Shown here one piece after another: positions 11,140 to 21,159 of a stretch of 37,957 bases of DNA. The translations under genes were made by a program, and so were the position numbers. Each line of letters begins with the position of its first letter. The first letter of the stretch is position 1. Origin of the DNA: Asterionella formosa (lineage: Eukaryota); the NCBI GenBank assembly GCA_002256025.1, contig NKIB01015153.1:1-37957 (forward strand), written 5' to 3'. A model generated the notes under the pieces. The model made no database searches and was not told where the DNA came from. It saw only the letters and a list, made by a program, of their open reading frames with translations.

Positions 11140-12399
11140 ATGGCACCCTCTTTCCATAAACGACCCAAAAAAGGACCCGACCTGCAAATCGGATTTCACT
11201 TGGCATGGGATTTGGGCGAAACAAAAGTCGAACGCGGCGTTTCGAAACGAAAGATTTTGTGGGAAGATCAGCGGTACCCAGAGCCGGAGTGGTGCGATGA
11301 GTCTACCATTCGGTGGGTCAATGAGACCTGTCAACGACGGCGAAACAATATCGACAATAACAATCCTAAAGCCCCCAAGCGACCTCGTCATGTCACCGTC
11401 CGCTATTCCCCGGGAGTGCTACAACAGTCTCCAGCAGTGATCAAGCCCAATGACGACCGGTTCAAACCAGATCCTCCCAGTGAAGTATCATCATCGTCGA
11501 GTCAAGGGGACGATGCTTCCTTTCAGAGTTTGGAGCTACCAACTGAGCTAACGGACAATGGTAGTGATGACGTGGAGGAAGTGGAGGAGGTGATGCCATC
11601 AAAGCAAACGCGGGGCAACAAAGCAAGAACCGAAATTATGGAGGATGACAAGAAGAACGAAGCTGTAAAATCAAACAGCTTGGAGGTTCCTTCACCATCC
11701 AACGAGAAACAATTGATGGCACAGCAAATCAATGACAAATTACAGCGCTCGCCATCTACTAGAGACAATACTTTGTCTGGGTCTTCCTTTCACAGTGTAA
11801 CGACGACGTATCCTTCGAAAGAGTCGCCTTTTGTCATGTCCGTACCAAGAAAAGTAGCTCGCAAAAGCATCCTGCGACCAGAAATTTTCCAGCAAGAGGG
11901 GGGGTCACTTATCAAAAAATCGACAATCCGGACAGCTAGAAAGTCTGTGATAAGGACAAACTACGCAGAGACATCGTCGTCCGACTCTGACACCTTCCTG
12001 GTTCGAAAAGGGCTACCTGCGACAAATCCAACCGACTCGGAGATTGAAGAAGTTTTTGTAGCTCGAAAAGGTCAAACACCAGAGGAAAACTCGGATGATT
12101 CTCGTGTTCCTCAGAAAAATTTTTGGGGTCAAAAACGTCCTGCCAAGCCGCCCAAATCATCTGTCAGGAGCAGTAGGGACGACGATGGCAAACCATGTGC
12201 GCGAAAGATTTTATCCACCACGAAACCCCTGACTCCGGTGGTCACCATTGATTCCTCGATTGAGGAATGGAACGTCCAAGAGGATACGAAACAAGAAGTG
12301 GGTTTCACTCGACGGTTTGACACCAGAGATATTCAGAATATTCGTGCTCTATGTGCTTATGAGGATGAGGAAGTGGATGGAAACTATGTCTCACGCTAA
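11140..12399 (+). CDS. Hypothetical, largely disordered, probably nuclear protein (about 419 aa) with a small Trp-rich N-terminal domain and ARKS/ARK motifs
   Basis: Long open frame with first ATG at 11140 (MAPSFHKRPKK). Basic NLS-like clusters and S/E/K-rich composition. Confidence 0.75.
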   Translation: MAPSFHKRPKKGPDLQIGFHLAWDLGETKVERGVSKRKILWEDQRYPEPEWCDESTIRWVNETCQRRRNNIDNNNPKAPKRPRHVTVRYSPGVLQQSPAVIKPNDDRFKPDPPSEVSSSSSQGDDASFQSLELPTELTDNGSDDVEEVEEVMPSKQTRGNKARTEIMEDDKKNEAVKSNSLEVPSPSNEKQLMAQQINDKLQRSPSTRDNTLSGSSFHSVTTTYPSKESPFVMSVPRKVARKSILRPEIFQQEGGSLIKKSTIRTARKSVIRTNYAETSSSDSDTFLVRKGLPATNPTDSEIEEVFVARKGQTPEENSDDSRVPQKNFWGQKRPAKPPKSSVRSSRDDDGKPCARKILSTTKPLTPVVTIDSSIEEWNVQEDTKQEVGFTRRFDTRDIQNIRALCAYEDEEVDGNYVSR

Positions 12400-12544
12400 G
12401 CGAATGCATTTAAGTTGAGACCGTCGCAATGCCTTGTTGATGGATTGTTATACTTGATGTTAAGTGTGTGTTAATAAGGGATATTATTATGATCTATGGT
12501 TGTGCTTCATCAGCGAAAAAATAGAAAAACTCGTGTTGAGCCTT

Positions 12545-13852
12545 CTACTGTGACTTGACTTTGTGCCCACCCCACTTTTTAGGCGACTTGGTCCATCCGT
12601 TGGCGGATGTGGGCCTTCTTATAGGGTTTGTGGGTATGTTCGTTCCCTTCGTTGGCCAGATGAAGTGCAAAATAACGAGTATCAACAGAAACCATAAGAA
12701 AGAATTAACAACGGTAGAACCATTGGATGCGCAAAAGGCAAGTGGTGACAGAACGCGTCCTGAAGCTTCGGTTTGCTCCAAATAGAAATGAGCCGAATCA
12801 CACACTTGCTGTAAGCCCCTACTGACAGCAGCGTATCCCTTAGTGGAATACTCCTTGATTGGCTCCCAAACTGGTTTCAAGGCAGGTTTTATGTCATTTT
12901 CCACTGTTGCCTTGGCGTGTTCATTGTAAAGCTCCTCGATTTTGGTCAAGAGTGCAGAAACCTGTGGTGCAACATTTGCTTGATAGAACTCCATGACTTT
13001 GACCGCCACTGGAGTAGCGGCCTTAATCGTTGCTTCGTACACTGGCATTGCGGCTTCCTTGGCAGCAAACCATACTTCCGTTACCCTGTCTCGCACCTTC
13101 ATAGTTGTGAAAAGTGCATCCTCGTAGATCAACGTTGTATTAATGTATGTGCTTGTTGCTTTGTCATGAAGGTGACGCATGCGTTCCTGTGCCAAAACTA
13201 GTTCCTTACGTGAATCATAATACTTGGCTTCCGCTTGTTTCAAGATTGCCTTGTGGTTTTCAACGTCTTTTGATAGTGTTTTCTTGGTATGGCTTAATTC
13301 CGTTTTATGCGATTGCAATTCATTTGTCAACTTCCTGACGTGCTCTTCTAGCTCCGATGCCTTGACTTTGTGTGCCACCAAGACCTGATTTTCAGCCTTG
13401 AGCGAGGCGAGAAGTTCCTCTGCCTCTGTCCTATACGAAGCTTCGCGTTCCATCACTTGCTCAAGGGTATCTTGGGTCGACTGGATTGTCGCCTCAAGAT
13501 TGGCAATTTCTTGTGCCTTTTCCGCTTCCAGCTGCAGGATTGTCGCTTCTAGATTAGCAGTTTCATGTGCTTTTCCCGCTTCCAGCTGCAGGATTTGTTT
13601 CTGGGCGTGATCCACATCCAGTTGTTTCGTCGCGAGTGTTTTTTCTAGAATGAGAATCGCGTTCGTCAGGTCCGTATGTTTGGATTCCATCATGGAAGTT
13701 ACTCGCTCTTCTGTTTGCTTGGCGCGTTCTGAAGCCACGTGCTCGCATTGTTGTTCCTCGCACACACAGGGAACATCTTGCGCAAAAGAAGCTGCTGCCA
13801 CGAGAAAAAGCAGCAATAAGGTGAGACTCGCCTTTGTTGTCATTTTGGTCAT
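12545..13852 (-). CDS. Type I membrane coiled-coil protein (435 aa) with signal peptide, long heptad region, C-terminal TM helix and KxKxx tail (ER-retrieval type)
   Basis: Signal peptide LTLLLLFLVAAASFA-QD; E/K/L/A/Q-rich heptads with an internal duplication (ILQLEA.KA.E.ANLEATI x2); TM FLWFLLILVILHFIW; C-terminus KVKSQ. Confidence 0.85.
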   Translation of the reverse strand: MTKMTTKASLTLLLLFLVAAASFAQDVPCVCEEQQCEHVASERAKQTEERVTSMMESKHTDLTNAILILEKTLATKQLDVDHAQKQILQLEAGKAHETANLEATILQLEAEKAQEIANLEATIQSTQDTLEQVMEREASYRTEAEELLASLKAENQVLVAHKVKASELEEHVRKLTNELQSHKTELSHTKKTLSKDVENHKAILKQAEAKYYDSRKELVLAQERMRHLHDKATSTYINTTLIYEDALFTTMKVRDRVTEVWFAAKEAAMPVYEATIKAATPVAVKVMEFYQANVAPQVSALLTKIEELYNEHAKATVENDIKPALKPVWEPIKEYSTKGYAAVSRGLQQVCDSAHFYLEQTEASGRVLSPLAFCASNGSTVVNSFLWFLLILVILHFIWPTKGTNIPTNPIRRPTSANGWTKSPKKWGGHKVKSQ

Positions 13853-14651
13853 TGGTGATTTGTGAAAGGGATTTAACCGGTATGCTTATTTTCAGCAACA
13901 AGGCGGTAAAGCAAGAGTATCGGTATATATGGGGAAGGTTGACGACGACGAATGAATTCGAAAAAGCTTTGTTCGGGTTCGTCCTCTAGATTTTTGTACG
14001 TGGCTGTTGCGGGATTAAGTGGTAGTGGTAAACACGACACAGTCGTGACATTCCTGATTCCTAAAATTGAAGTTGGTTACCAGAACCGGCATGTAACACA
14101 TACCGGGTATGTGTATACATAACATGCTGTCCCTGGAAGGTCCAGCAATTCAGATTTTGCTAAATGTCTCGATTACATGACCTTCATCTGTGGTACTGGT
14201 ACATGGTATGGGACCTGGTCCCTGGTAGTGCCAGGTACCAGATACCTTTTACCTGGTACACAGGATACCCGTGCCGGTAGTCCCTATAGACAATGACAAT
14301 AATACGGTGCCTGGTACCGTACTGTACATGCAAAGAATGACTGTTATTGTCACTTTGCTCCAAACGTGAGAGTATAATAAATACATGCATGTAAGATATA
14401 TACGGTGCAACCTGCATGGCCTATATCCAAAGGGGACAAATCTTGCATGCCTTGCTGTCATATACGAGGAGAATTAATGAAAGTGCGTCGCAATAGATTT
14501 ATGTTGATGAGACAATAAATTAGATGAGTTGAAAGAAAGGAGCTATTGTTTATAGAATGAAATAAGCATCAGAAGACATTAAATGACTGATATGACACTC
14601 CAAGATTATGACAGAATTGCATGGCATATATCAATCATAAAAAAATCAATG

Positions 14652-17600
14652 CTAGTTTGAATTCAACAATTCGACTGGAGGCATGGGAACATATTCAAAC
14701 ACTGTGAGTATGCCCAAGGCTAAAGCAGCCACAGCAAATGTGAATTTGATAAAACCTTCAAGGGGTCCACTGACCTCAGAGTTGTCAGACTGAAGAGCAA
14801 CAGATGATTTTTCATTCTCAGCAACTGCTGCAGTGCTGAAAACTTCAGATGATGAAAACGTTTTGCCTTCCAACCTATCAAGATAGCCAGCAAGCCCACT
14901 TCCACTTGATTGCGAGGAAGGCTTTGTAAGACCATCCAAATAGGTCACAGGGCCAGATCCTCCTTTGGCAAGTGAAGAAATTCCATTTATCCCGCTGAGA
15001 TAGTTATCACCAAAGCGAGATGAGGATACTGCAGGCTTTGATGCAAATGCAGGAGAGGATGATGATATTCCAGTTAATCCACTAAGATACGTAGCACCAA
15101 AGGAGGACCCACTTCTTGATGGGGTGGAAACTGTTGAGGTGGGTGTTACCGCAACAACAGGAGTGGAAAAAGTTGTGCCATTCAATGCACTTAGGTAACT
15201 AGCTCCCATGCCAATCCCCTTTACTGTCTTTGGTTTAGAATTCGAAGTAAACGGTTTTGATGTAGCAAATGGAGATGCAGAGGATGTCCCTGGTAAGCCA
15301 CTAAGATAGCTGGTACCAAAGCCTGATCCCCCTCCTGATGGGGTGGAAACTGTTGAAGCAGGTGTTACCGCAACAACTGGAGTGGAAAAAGTTGTGCCAT
15401 TCAATGCACTTAGGTAACTAGCTCCAAGGCCAGACCCCTTGACTGTTTTAGGTATAGGATTCGAAGTGAATGGCTTCGATGCAACAACAGGAGAACCAGA
15501 TGAAGATGAGGCGCCTGGCAGGCCACTGAGATAACTGGTACCAAAGCCAGATCCACTTCCTGATGGGGTGGAAACTGATGAAACTGTTTAAGCTGGTGTT
15601 TCCTCAACAACTGGAGTGGAAAATGTTTTTCCATTCAATGCACTTAGGTAACTAGCTCCAAGGCCAGACCCCTTGACTGTTTTAGGTTTAGGATACGAAG
15701 TGAAAGGCTTCGATGCAACAACAGAAGAACCTGATGAGGATGAAGCTCCTGGCAGGCCACTGAGATAACTGGTACCAAAGCCAGATCCACTTCCTGATCC
15801 CTTGGAAGCTGTTGTAGTAGGCTTTGTGGCAATAACTGGAGTGGAAAAGGTTGTGCCATTCAATGCGCTTAGGTAACTTGCTCCAATCCCAGACCCCTTG
15901 ACTGTTTTGGGTTTAGGATTTGAAGTGAATGGCTTCGATGCNNNNNNNNNNNNNNNNNNNNNNNNNNNNNNNNNNNNNNNNNNNNNNNNNNNNNNNNNNN
16001 NNNNNNNNNNNNNNNNNNNNNNNNNNNNNNNNNNNNNNNNNNNNNNNNNNNNNNNNNNNNNNNNNNNNNNNNNNNNNNNNNNNNNNNNNNNNNNNNNNNN
16101 NNNNNNNNNNNNNNNNNNNNNNNNNNNNNNNNNNNNNNNNNNNNNNNNNNNNNNNNNNNNNNNNNNNNNNNNNNNNNTGTCAATAACTGGAGTGGAAAAG
16201 GTTGTGCCATTCAATGCACTTAGGTAACTTGCTCCAATGCCAGAACCCTTCACGGTTTTGGGTTTAGGATTTGAAGTAACTGGCTTGGAGGAAGCCGCAG
16301 ATGATGACGAAAACATTCCTTGCAAACCGCTGAAGAAACCTGCACCAAAGCCACTACTTGATGTGGTGGATGAAGTTGTTTCTGGTTTTACCGCAACAGC
16401 TGGGGTGGAAAAGGTTGTGCCATTCAATGCACTTAGGTAACTTGCTCCAAGCCCAGATCCCTTGACTGTTTTTGGTTTAGGATTCGAAGTGAATGGCTTT
16501 GATGCAACAACAGGAGAACCAGATGAAGATGAGGCGCCTGGCAGGCCACTGAGATAACTGGTACCAAAGCCAGATCCACTTCCTGATGGGGTGGAAGCCA
16601 TTGTAGTGGGCTTTGCGGCTATTACTGGAGTGGAAAAGGTTGTGCCATTCAATGCACTTAGGTAACTAGCTCCAAGCCCAGACCCCTTGACTGTTTTGGG
16701 TTTAGGATTCGAAGTGAATGGCTTTGATGCAACAACAGGAGATCCAGATGACGATGAAGCTCCTGGCAGGCCACTGAGATAACTGGTTCCAAAGCCAGAT
16801 ACACTTCCTGATCCCTTGGAAGCCTTTGTAGTAGGCTTTGTGGCAATAACTGGAGTGGAAAAGGTTGTGCCGTTCAATGCACTTAGGTAACTTGCTCCAA
16901 TCCCAGACCCCTTTACTGTTTTGGGTTTAGGATTCGAAGTGAATGGCTTTGATGCAACAACAGGAGAACCAGATGACGATGATGCTCCTGGCAGACCACT
17001 AAGATAACTGGTACCAAAGCCAGCTCCACTTCCTGATCCCTTGGAAGCCGTTGTAGTAGGCTTTGTGACAATAACTGGAGTGGAAAAGGTTGTGCCATTC
17101 AATGCACTTAGGTAACTAGCTCCAAGCCCAGACCCCTTGACTGTTTTGGGTTTAGGATTTGAAGTAACTGGCTTGGAGGAAGCCGCAGATGATGACGAAA
17201 ACATTCCTTGCAAACCGCTGAAGAAACCTGCACCAAAGCCACTACTTGATGTGGTGGATGAAGTTGTTTCTGGTTTTACCGCAACAGCTGGGGTGGTAAA
17301 TGTAGTCCCATTTAGTGCACTTAGGTAACTAGCTCCAAGCCCAGATCCCTTGACTGTTTTTGGTTTAGGATTCGAAGTGAATGGCTTTGATGCAACAACA
17401 GGAGAACCAGATGACGATGAGGCTCCTGGCAGACCACTGAGATAACTGGTGCCAAAGCCAGCTCCACTTCCAGACGTAGTTGAAGGTGTTGCAGGCTTTT
17501 TGGTGTCTACAGGAGTGGAAAAGGTCGTTCCATTCAATGCGCTCAGGTAACTAGCTCCAATGCCAGACCCCTTGACTGTTTTGGGTTTAGGATTCGAAGT

Positions 17601-18125
17601 GAAAGGTTTCGATGCAATGACAGGGGTTGACAATGACGCCCCGGGCCATCCATTGAGGTAGCTCGCTCCAAAGCCAGATCTACTTTCAGACGAGGTAGAT
17701 GCAGGCAAGGGGGGTGCTGGCTGCGATGAAATGACAGGATAGGAAAACGCCGTGTCGTTCAGCGCACTCAAGTAGCTAGCTCCAATGCCAAATCCCTTCG
17801 TTGTTTTTGGTTTAGAAGTGACATGCTTCGACGGAAGGGAAGGCGACGACGTCGAGGCCCCAGGCAATCCACTGAGATAACTAGCTCCAAAGCCAGACCC
17901 TTGCAATGACGCGGCGGGTTTCGCATCTGCAGAGGTAGCGGGCTTGGATGCGACTGCAACTGACTCTGCGGATTTTGAGATACTTTCGAGGTAGGAAAAG
18001 ATGGCTGTGGGATTGTTCAGTCCGCCATTTCTGGTGAGGCTTGGATAGATCGAAATACCCTGAAAGGCTGATGCATCGGCCAGGAGAACAGCAAGAGCAG
18101 CAGAAACTCTTACTAACTTCATCAT
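14652..18125 (-). CDS. Cluster gene A: plastid-targeted tandem-repeat protein with about 28 visible SYLSxL-type motifs and a C-terminal TM helix. Interrupted by an N-gap (15942-16177) and an in-frame TAA (15588-15590).
   Basis: Presequence MMKLVRVSAALAVLLADASA-FQG. Repeat units of about 75 aa (mostly 225 nt). ORFs 15588-18185 and 14652-15404 are in the same frame and the repeats continue across the stop. C-terminus FTFAVAALALGILTVFEYV. Confidence 0.85.
15184..17900 (-). repeat. Coding tandem repeat array, 213-234-bp units, at least 12 copies
   Basis: A(A/G)TGCACTTAGGTAA-like anchor at 15184, 15403, 15637, 15862, 16213, 16426, 16651, 16876, 17101, 17314, 17536 and 17761. Confidence 0.95.
15942..16177. 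other. Assembly gap (236 N) inside the repeat array
   Basis: Run of n characters. Confidence 1.
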
Positions 18126-18341
18126 GTTCACTGACCTCAGTGTTCGCAGTCTGGGAGTATCATCGGCGATACTTCCAGTAAGCATATGCTTTCTCGACGA
18201 ATCGACAGATCGACATCAAGTTGCTGATTGCTATTTTCAGGAGGGTAAAGCGACACTGTGGGTTCAGTAACTTCATATTTTGTTTCTTAGGGCAATATCC
18301 TACGAAACGTTCCTAAATGAATGCTTGGATCGCCTGTATCG

Positions 18342-18726
18342 TGACGTGGTTTTGATATGCCTGGATTTTTCAATTTTCGAGTGCCTGGATCTATTGAATT
18401 TCGCACGCCCAGACATTTCATTTCCCTCTTGAAAGTACTGTACGTCAGCCAGCTGTCGACCTCACATATACCGGTACCTGCTGGCACAGCATCGCGTTCG
18501 GCCTCAATTTGAAATGTTCGTCGTGGTACTACAGGTTCTTATGACGTTGTTGGTACTGGTACCACAATACAGGGCGTGAGGCCGACGCACATTTAAAATC
18601 TTGCACATGCATTCTTCTTATGAAGTGTACCCGGTACCATAGATACAGATACGGGTAGAACGGTAGAAAGTTTGCGCTCGGTGGTGGCGCGCCATACTAT
18701 AAGGCAATCAACAAAAAGCATGACGT
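18342..18726. promoter_or_regulatory. Four TGACGT/ACGTCA (CRE/CCRE-like, bZIP-type) motifs upstream of gene A
   Basis: TGACGT at 18342, ACGTCA at 18442, TGACGT at 18542 and TGACGT at 18721. A further group (ACGTCA 19560, TGACGT 19568, GCGTCA 19592) lies more distally. Function is inferred only. Confidence 0.5.
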
Positions 18727-19881
18727 GGCGTGGTTTTGAACGAACACAAATTACCAACCACCTCCTCTGCTTGGCTGAAGGCTCCGGATTGGACGAAAGA
18801 TTAGATTATAACATTTGAAGATCCAGAGGACAGCATATCTGCCATTTGTTGGTGCCTATTATTTGTTCTCTGCCATGGTACCAGGTACCAGGGCACCCTG
18901 GTACCATAGGTAGTGCCACCGGTAGACTATAAGCAGCTCATGCTCCCTAGTATATGTAAAGCACCAGGGTACCACAGAAGTCTGCCCTCGTTGTTTTGTG
19001 CATCCACACGATTGTCGGCTGGTCACTATCACCACATGTGGAAAACTTCGTTTTCCAGATAGGCTACTGGTTGGTGCTTTAACATTTTAGATTACAGTCT
19101 ATATACTATAGTGACTGGATGTCTAGATTTCTGTAGTATGGAGGTACTTCGCATTTAATTCATTTCCTCCTTTCCTCCATTGGAAGACCTACCAATACTT
19201 CGGTTTGCTGCAAAAGTCCAAGTTTTGGTGAGTGGATCATTTGATGTGATGATTGGTTGTCTGGTCATCGCTGGTTGTCTGACAATGTTTGAAAGCAAGC
19301 ATTACAATTTCACTTGAATTATGTTATAACACCGGCCGTGATATCATTTTATATAGTACCGGAACATACATGGCACTTAAATGATCTATTGGAATTTTGA
19401 ATCGTATTGCAATAAGTGAGCAATACATCCATCCGCCACTTTTCCATCTGTATCCACCTGTACATCTTAAAGAATAATTATGTTGTTCATTCATTGTATC
19501 ATAATGATGATGGCTTCGCTGCAGGCCCAGAAATTTCATTTGTCACCTTGAAACTGACTACGTCAGTTGACGTTGTTTCTACGTAAGTTTCGCGTCACGG
19601 CTGCATACATACGCAACTGATGTGATTTGCATAAAGACATCGGTGTATTGCTATGTACTCATATAGAGTTATCAACAATCGTCGCTCAGCAACACAGCAT
19701 GCTATATCCTTTTTTCTACCTTCGAAAAGATACATCATGAAGGAGCGTGGCAAATACTCGCCATGTCGCTAGGTTGAAATGATGACCATTGAAATATCCG
19801 ACAACAAGAGTTGGAAGATCCGAACATATTTAACGAAGTAACAATTAACATCTCCAAGTATATTGGATTTAAAGAGATAGA

Positions 19882-21159
19882 CTACTCGAAGCTGCCAATG
19901 TCGTCCTTTTTAATTTTCTCTGCCGCTGCCTCCGTCTCCACCACATCTGCAGTAACCGAAACCTCCATCGTTGCTGAAGTAGCTTCCCCCTCCACCACTT
20001 CTGTCGCCGCATCAACAATCAATGCTGCAGAAGCCTGCGCCTCCTCCGCATAGGCTTCACTGTTTGCCTCAACCACAGCCACCCTGGCAGTAGAGATCGC
20101 ATCCGACAAAAGGTTCCACAAGCGTTCAAACGGCTTCAATTCCTTGTTCATGGTACCAACCTTGTCCGCAGTCTTTTCCACAAGATCCCCAACGAAACCA
20201 AGAGCGCTCGTTGTTTCGCCCCACAAATCATATTCATCACTAATCTCGGCCATGCGCAATACAGTGGTGTTAATGGCATTTTCGACTTTATCGATAGCTT
20301 CTGCGTCAATACCATCTTTCTCCTTCAGAGTGTCGATTGCGTCCTCAATGGAAACCTTGGCCTTGTAGACAAGGTCATACTTGGAATCCAACTTTAGGAG
20401 GTAGTTGGAAATTTCAAGGACCGTCTTGGACAAACTTTGCAACACAATACTAAAGTCGTCGTCTTGTTTGGAGAGGTAGTTGGTCATTGCGGAAACGGCA
20501 ACAGCACCAATGGGACCAGCAATGGCAAATCCAGCCACACCTCCAATGACACCAGCAGTAAACTCCACTGTGGCTTCATTGATGGCCACAAGGGCACCTC
20601 CTTGCGATTCGCGGGGACTACGCTCGCGCTGTGAAATAAATGCTTTCGTTTTCAGGAGTGCAGCAGATTTCTTCGCCGGCTCTGACACAACAGCAGGTGC
20701 GGCTTGCACTGTTTCTGGGATGGCTACGACTTCTTCAACTTGCTCAGAGACCGGGGTTTCGTCAATAATTTCAACAAGGGGTTCTGGGGAAGCCAACTCA
20801 ACCACTGGAGCATCATCAGTTGTCAATGCCTCATCGACAACTGGAGAAGGCGTTTCTGCGACAACGGGGTCTGAGTTCGACTCCACTGTTTTCCCAGGCA
20901 ATCCATCGAGGTAGCTACCGAAGGCTGATCCAGAAGCGGCAGGAGTGTCTGGTTCTCCAACAGCGCCAGTCACCTTTGCAGAATCCTCGTTCTCGTTGTC
21001 TGCATTATTCTTTGGACTCGAGATGTCGTCTAGATAGGAAAAGGCGACTGTGCGCTGATTGCGAATGCCAAATCGAGTTCCCTTCTGGTGGATGCTCAAG
21101 CTCTGCAAGGCTGACGCCGTAGCGACGAGGAGAGCAAGGGCAGCCGCTACTCGCTTCAT
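19882..21159 (-). CDS. Cluster gene B: predicted plastid-targeted protein (about 425 aa) with 2 YLDx(I/L) motifs, an acidic linker, and a glycine-zipper hydrophobic segment plus helical domain
   Basis: Presequence MKRVAAALALLVATASA-LQSLS; motifs FSYLDDI and FGSYLDGLPG; hydrophobic segment TAGVIGGVAGFAIAGPIGAVAV; C-terminal domain is paralogous to gene C. Confidence 0.85.
   Translation of the reverse strand: MKRVAAALALLVATASALQSLSIHQKGTRFGIRNQRTVAFSYLDDISSPKNNADNENEDSAKVTGAVGEPDTPAASGSAFGSYLDGLPGKTVESNSDPVVAETPSPVVDEALTTDDAPVVELASPEPLVEIIDETPVSEQVEEVVAIPETVQAAPAVVSEPAKKSAALLKTKAFISQRERSPRESQGGALVAINEATVEFTAGVIGGVAGFAIAGPIGAVAVSAMTNYLSKQDDDFSIVLQSLSKTVLEISNYLLKLDSKYDLVYKAKVSIEDAIDTLKEKDGIDAEAIDKVENAINTTVLRMAEISDEYDLWGETTSALGFVGDLVEKTADKVGTMNKELKPFERLWNLLSDAISTARVAVVEANSEAYAEEAQASAALIVDAATEVVEGEATSATMEVSVTADVVETEAAAEKIKKDDIGSFE

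Noticed and set aside
12545..12610. WTKSPKKW as a PYCO1-like KWSP Rubisco-binding motif
   Set aside because: Single imperfect match in the presumed cytosolic tail of a protein that looks ER-resident.
14652..15404. Independent 250-aa gene
   Set aside because: It has no ATG start or presequence and is in frame and continuous with the repeats of gene A.
15588..15590. Alternative genetic code (TAA reassigned)
   Set aside because: TAA ends IF2 (5063-5065) and the gene at 12397-12399 normally, and the sister repeat shows TCA at this position.
14652..18125. Silaffin, mucin or FG-nucleoporin identity for gene A
   Set aside because: The ASA-F cleavage motif plus transit-like peptide points to the plastid, silaffin-type KxxK/RxL organisation is not evident, and the conserved core is SYLSxL rather than FG. 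Not formally excluded.
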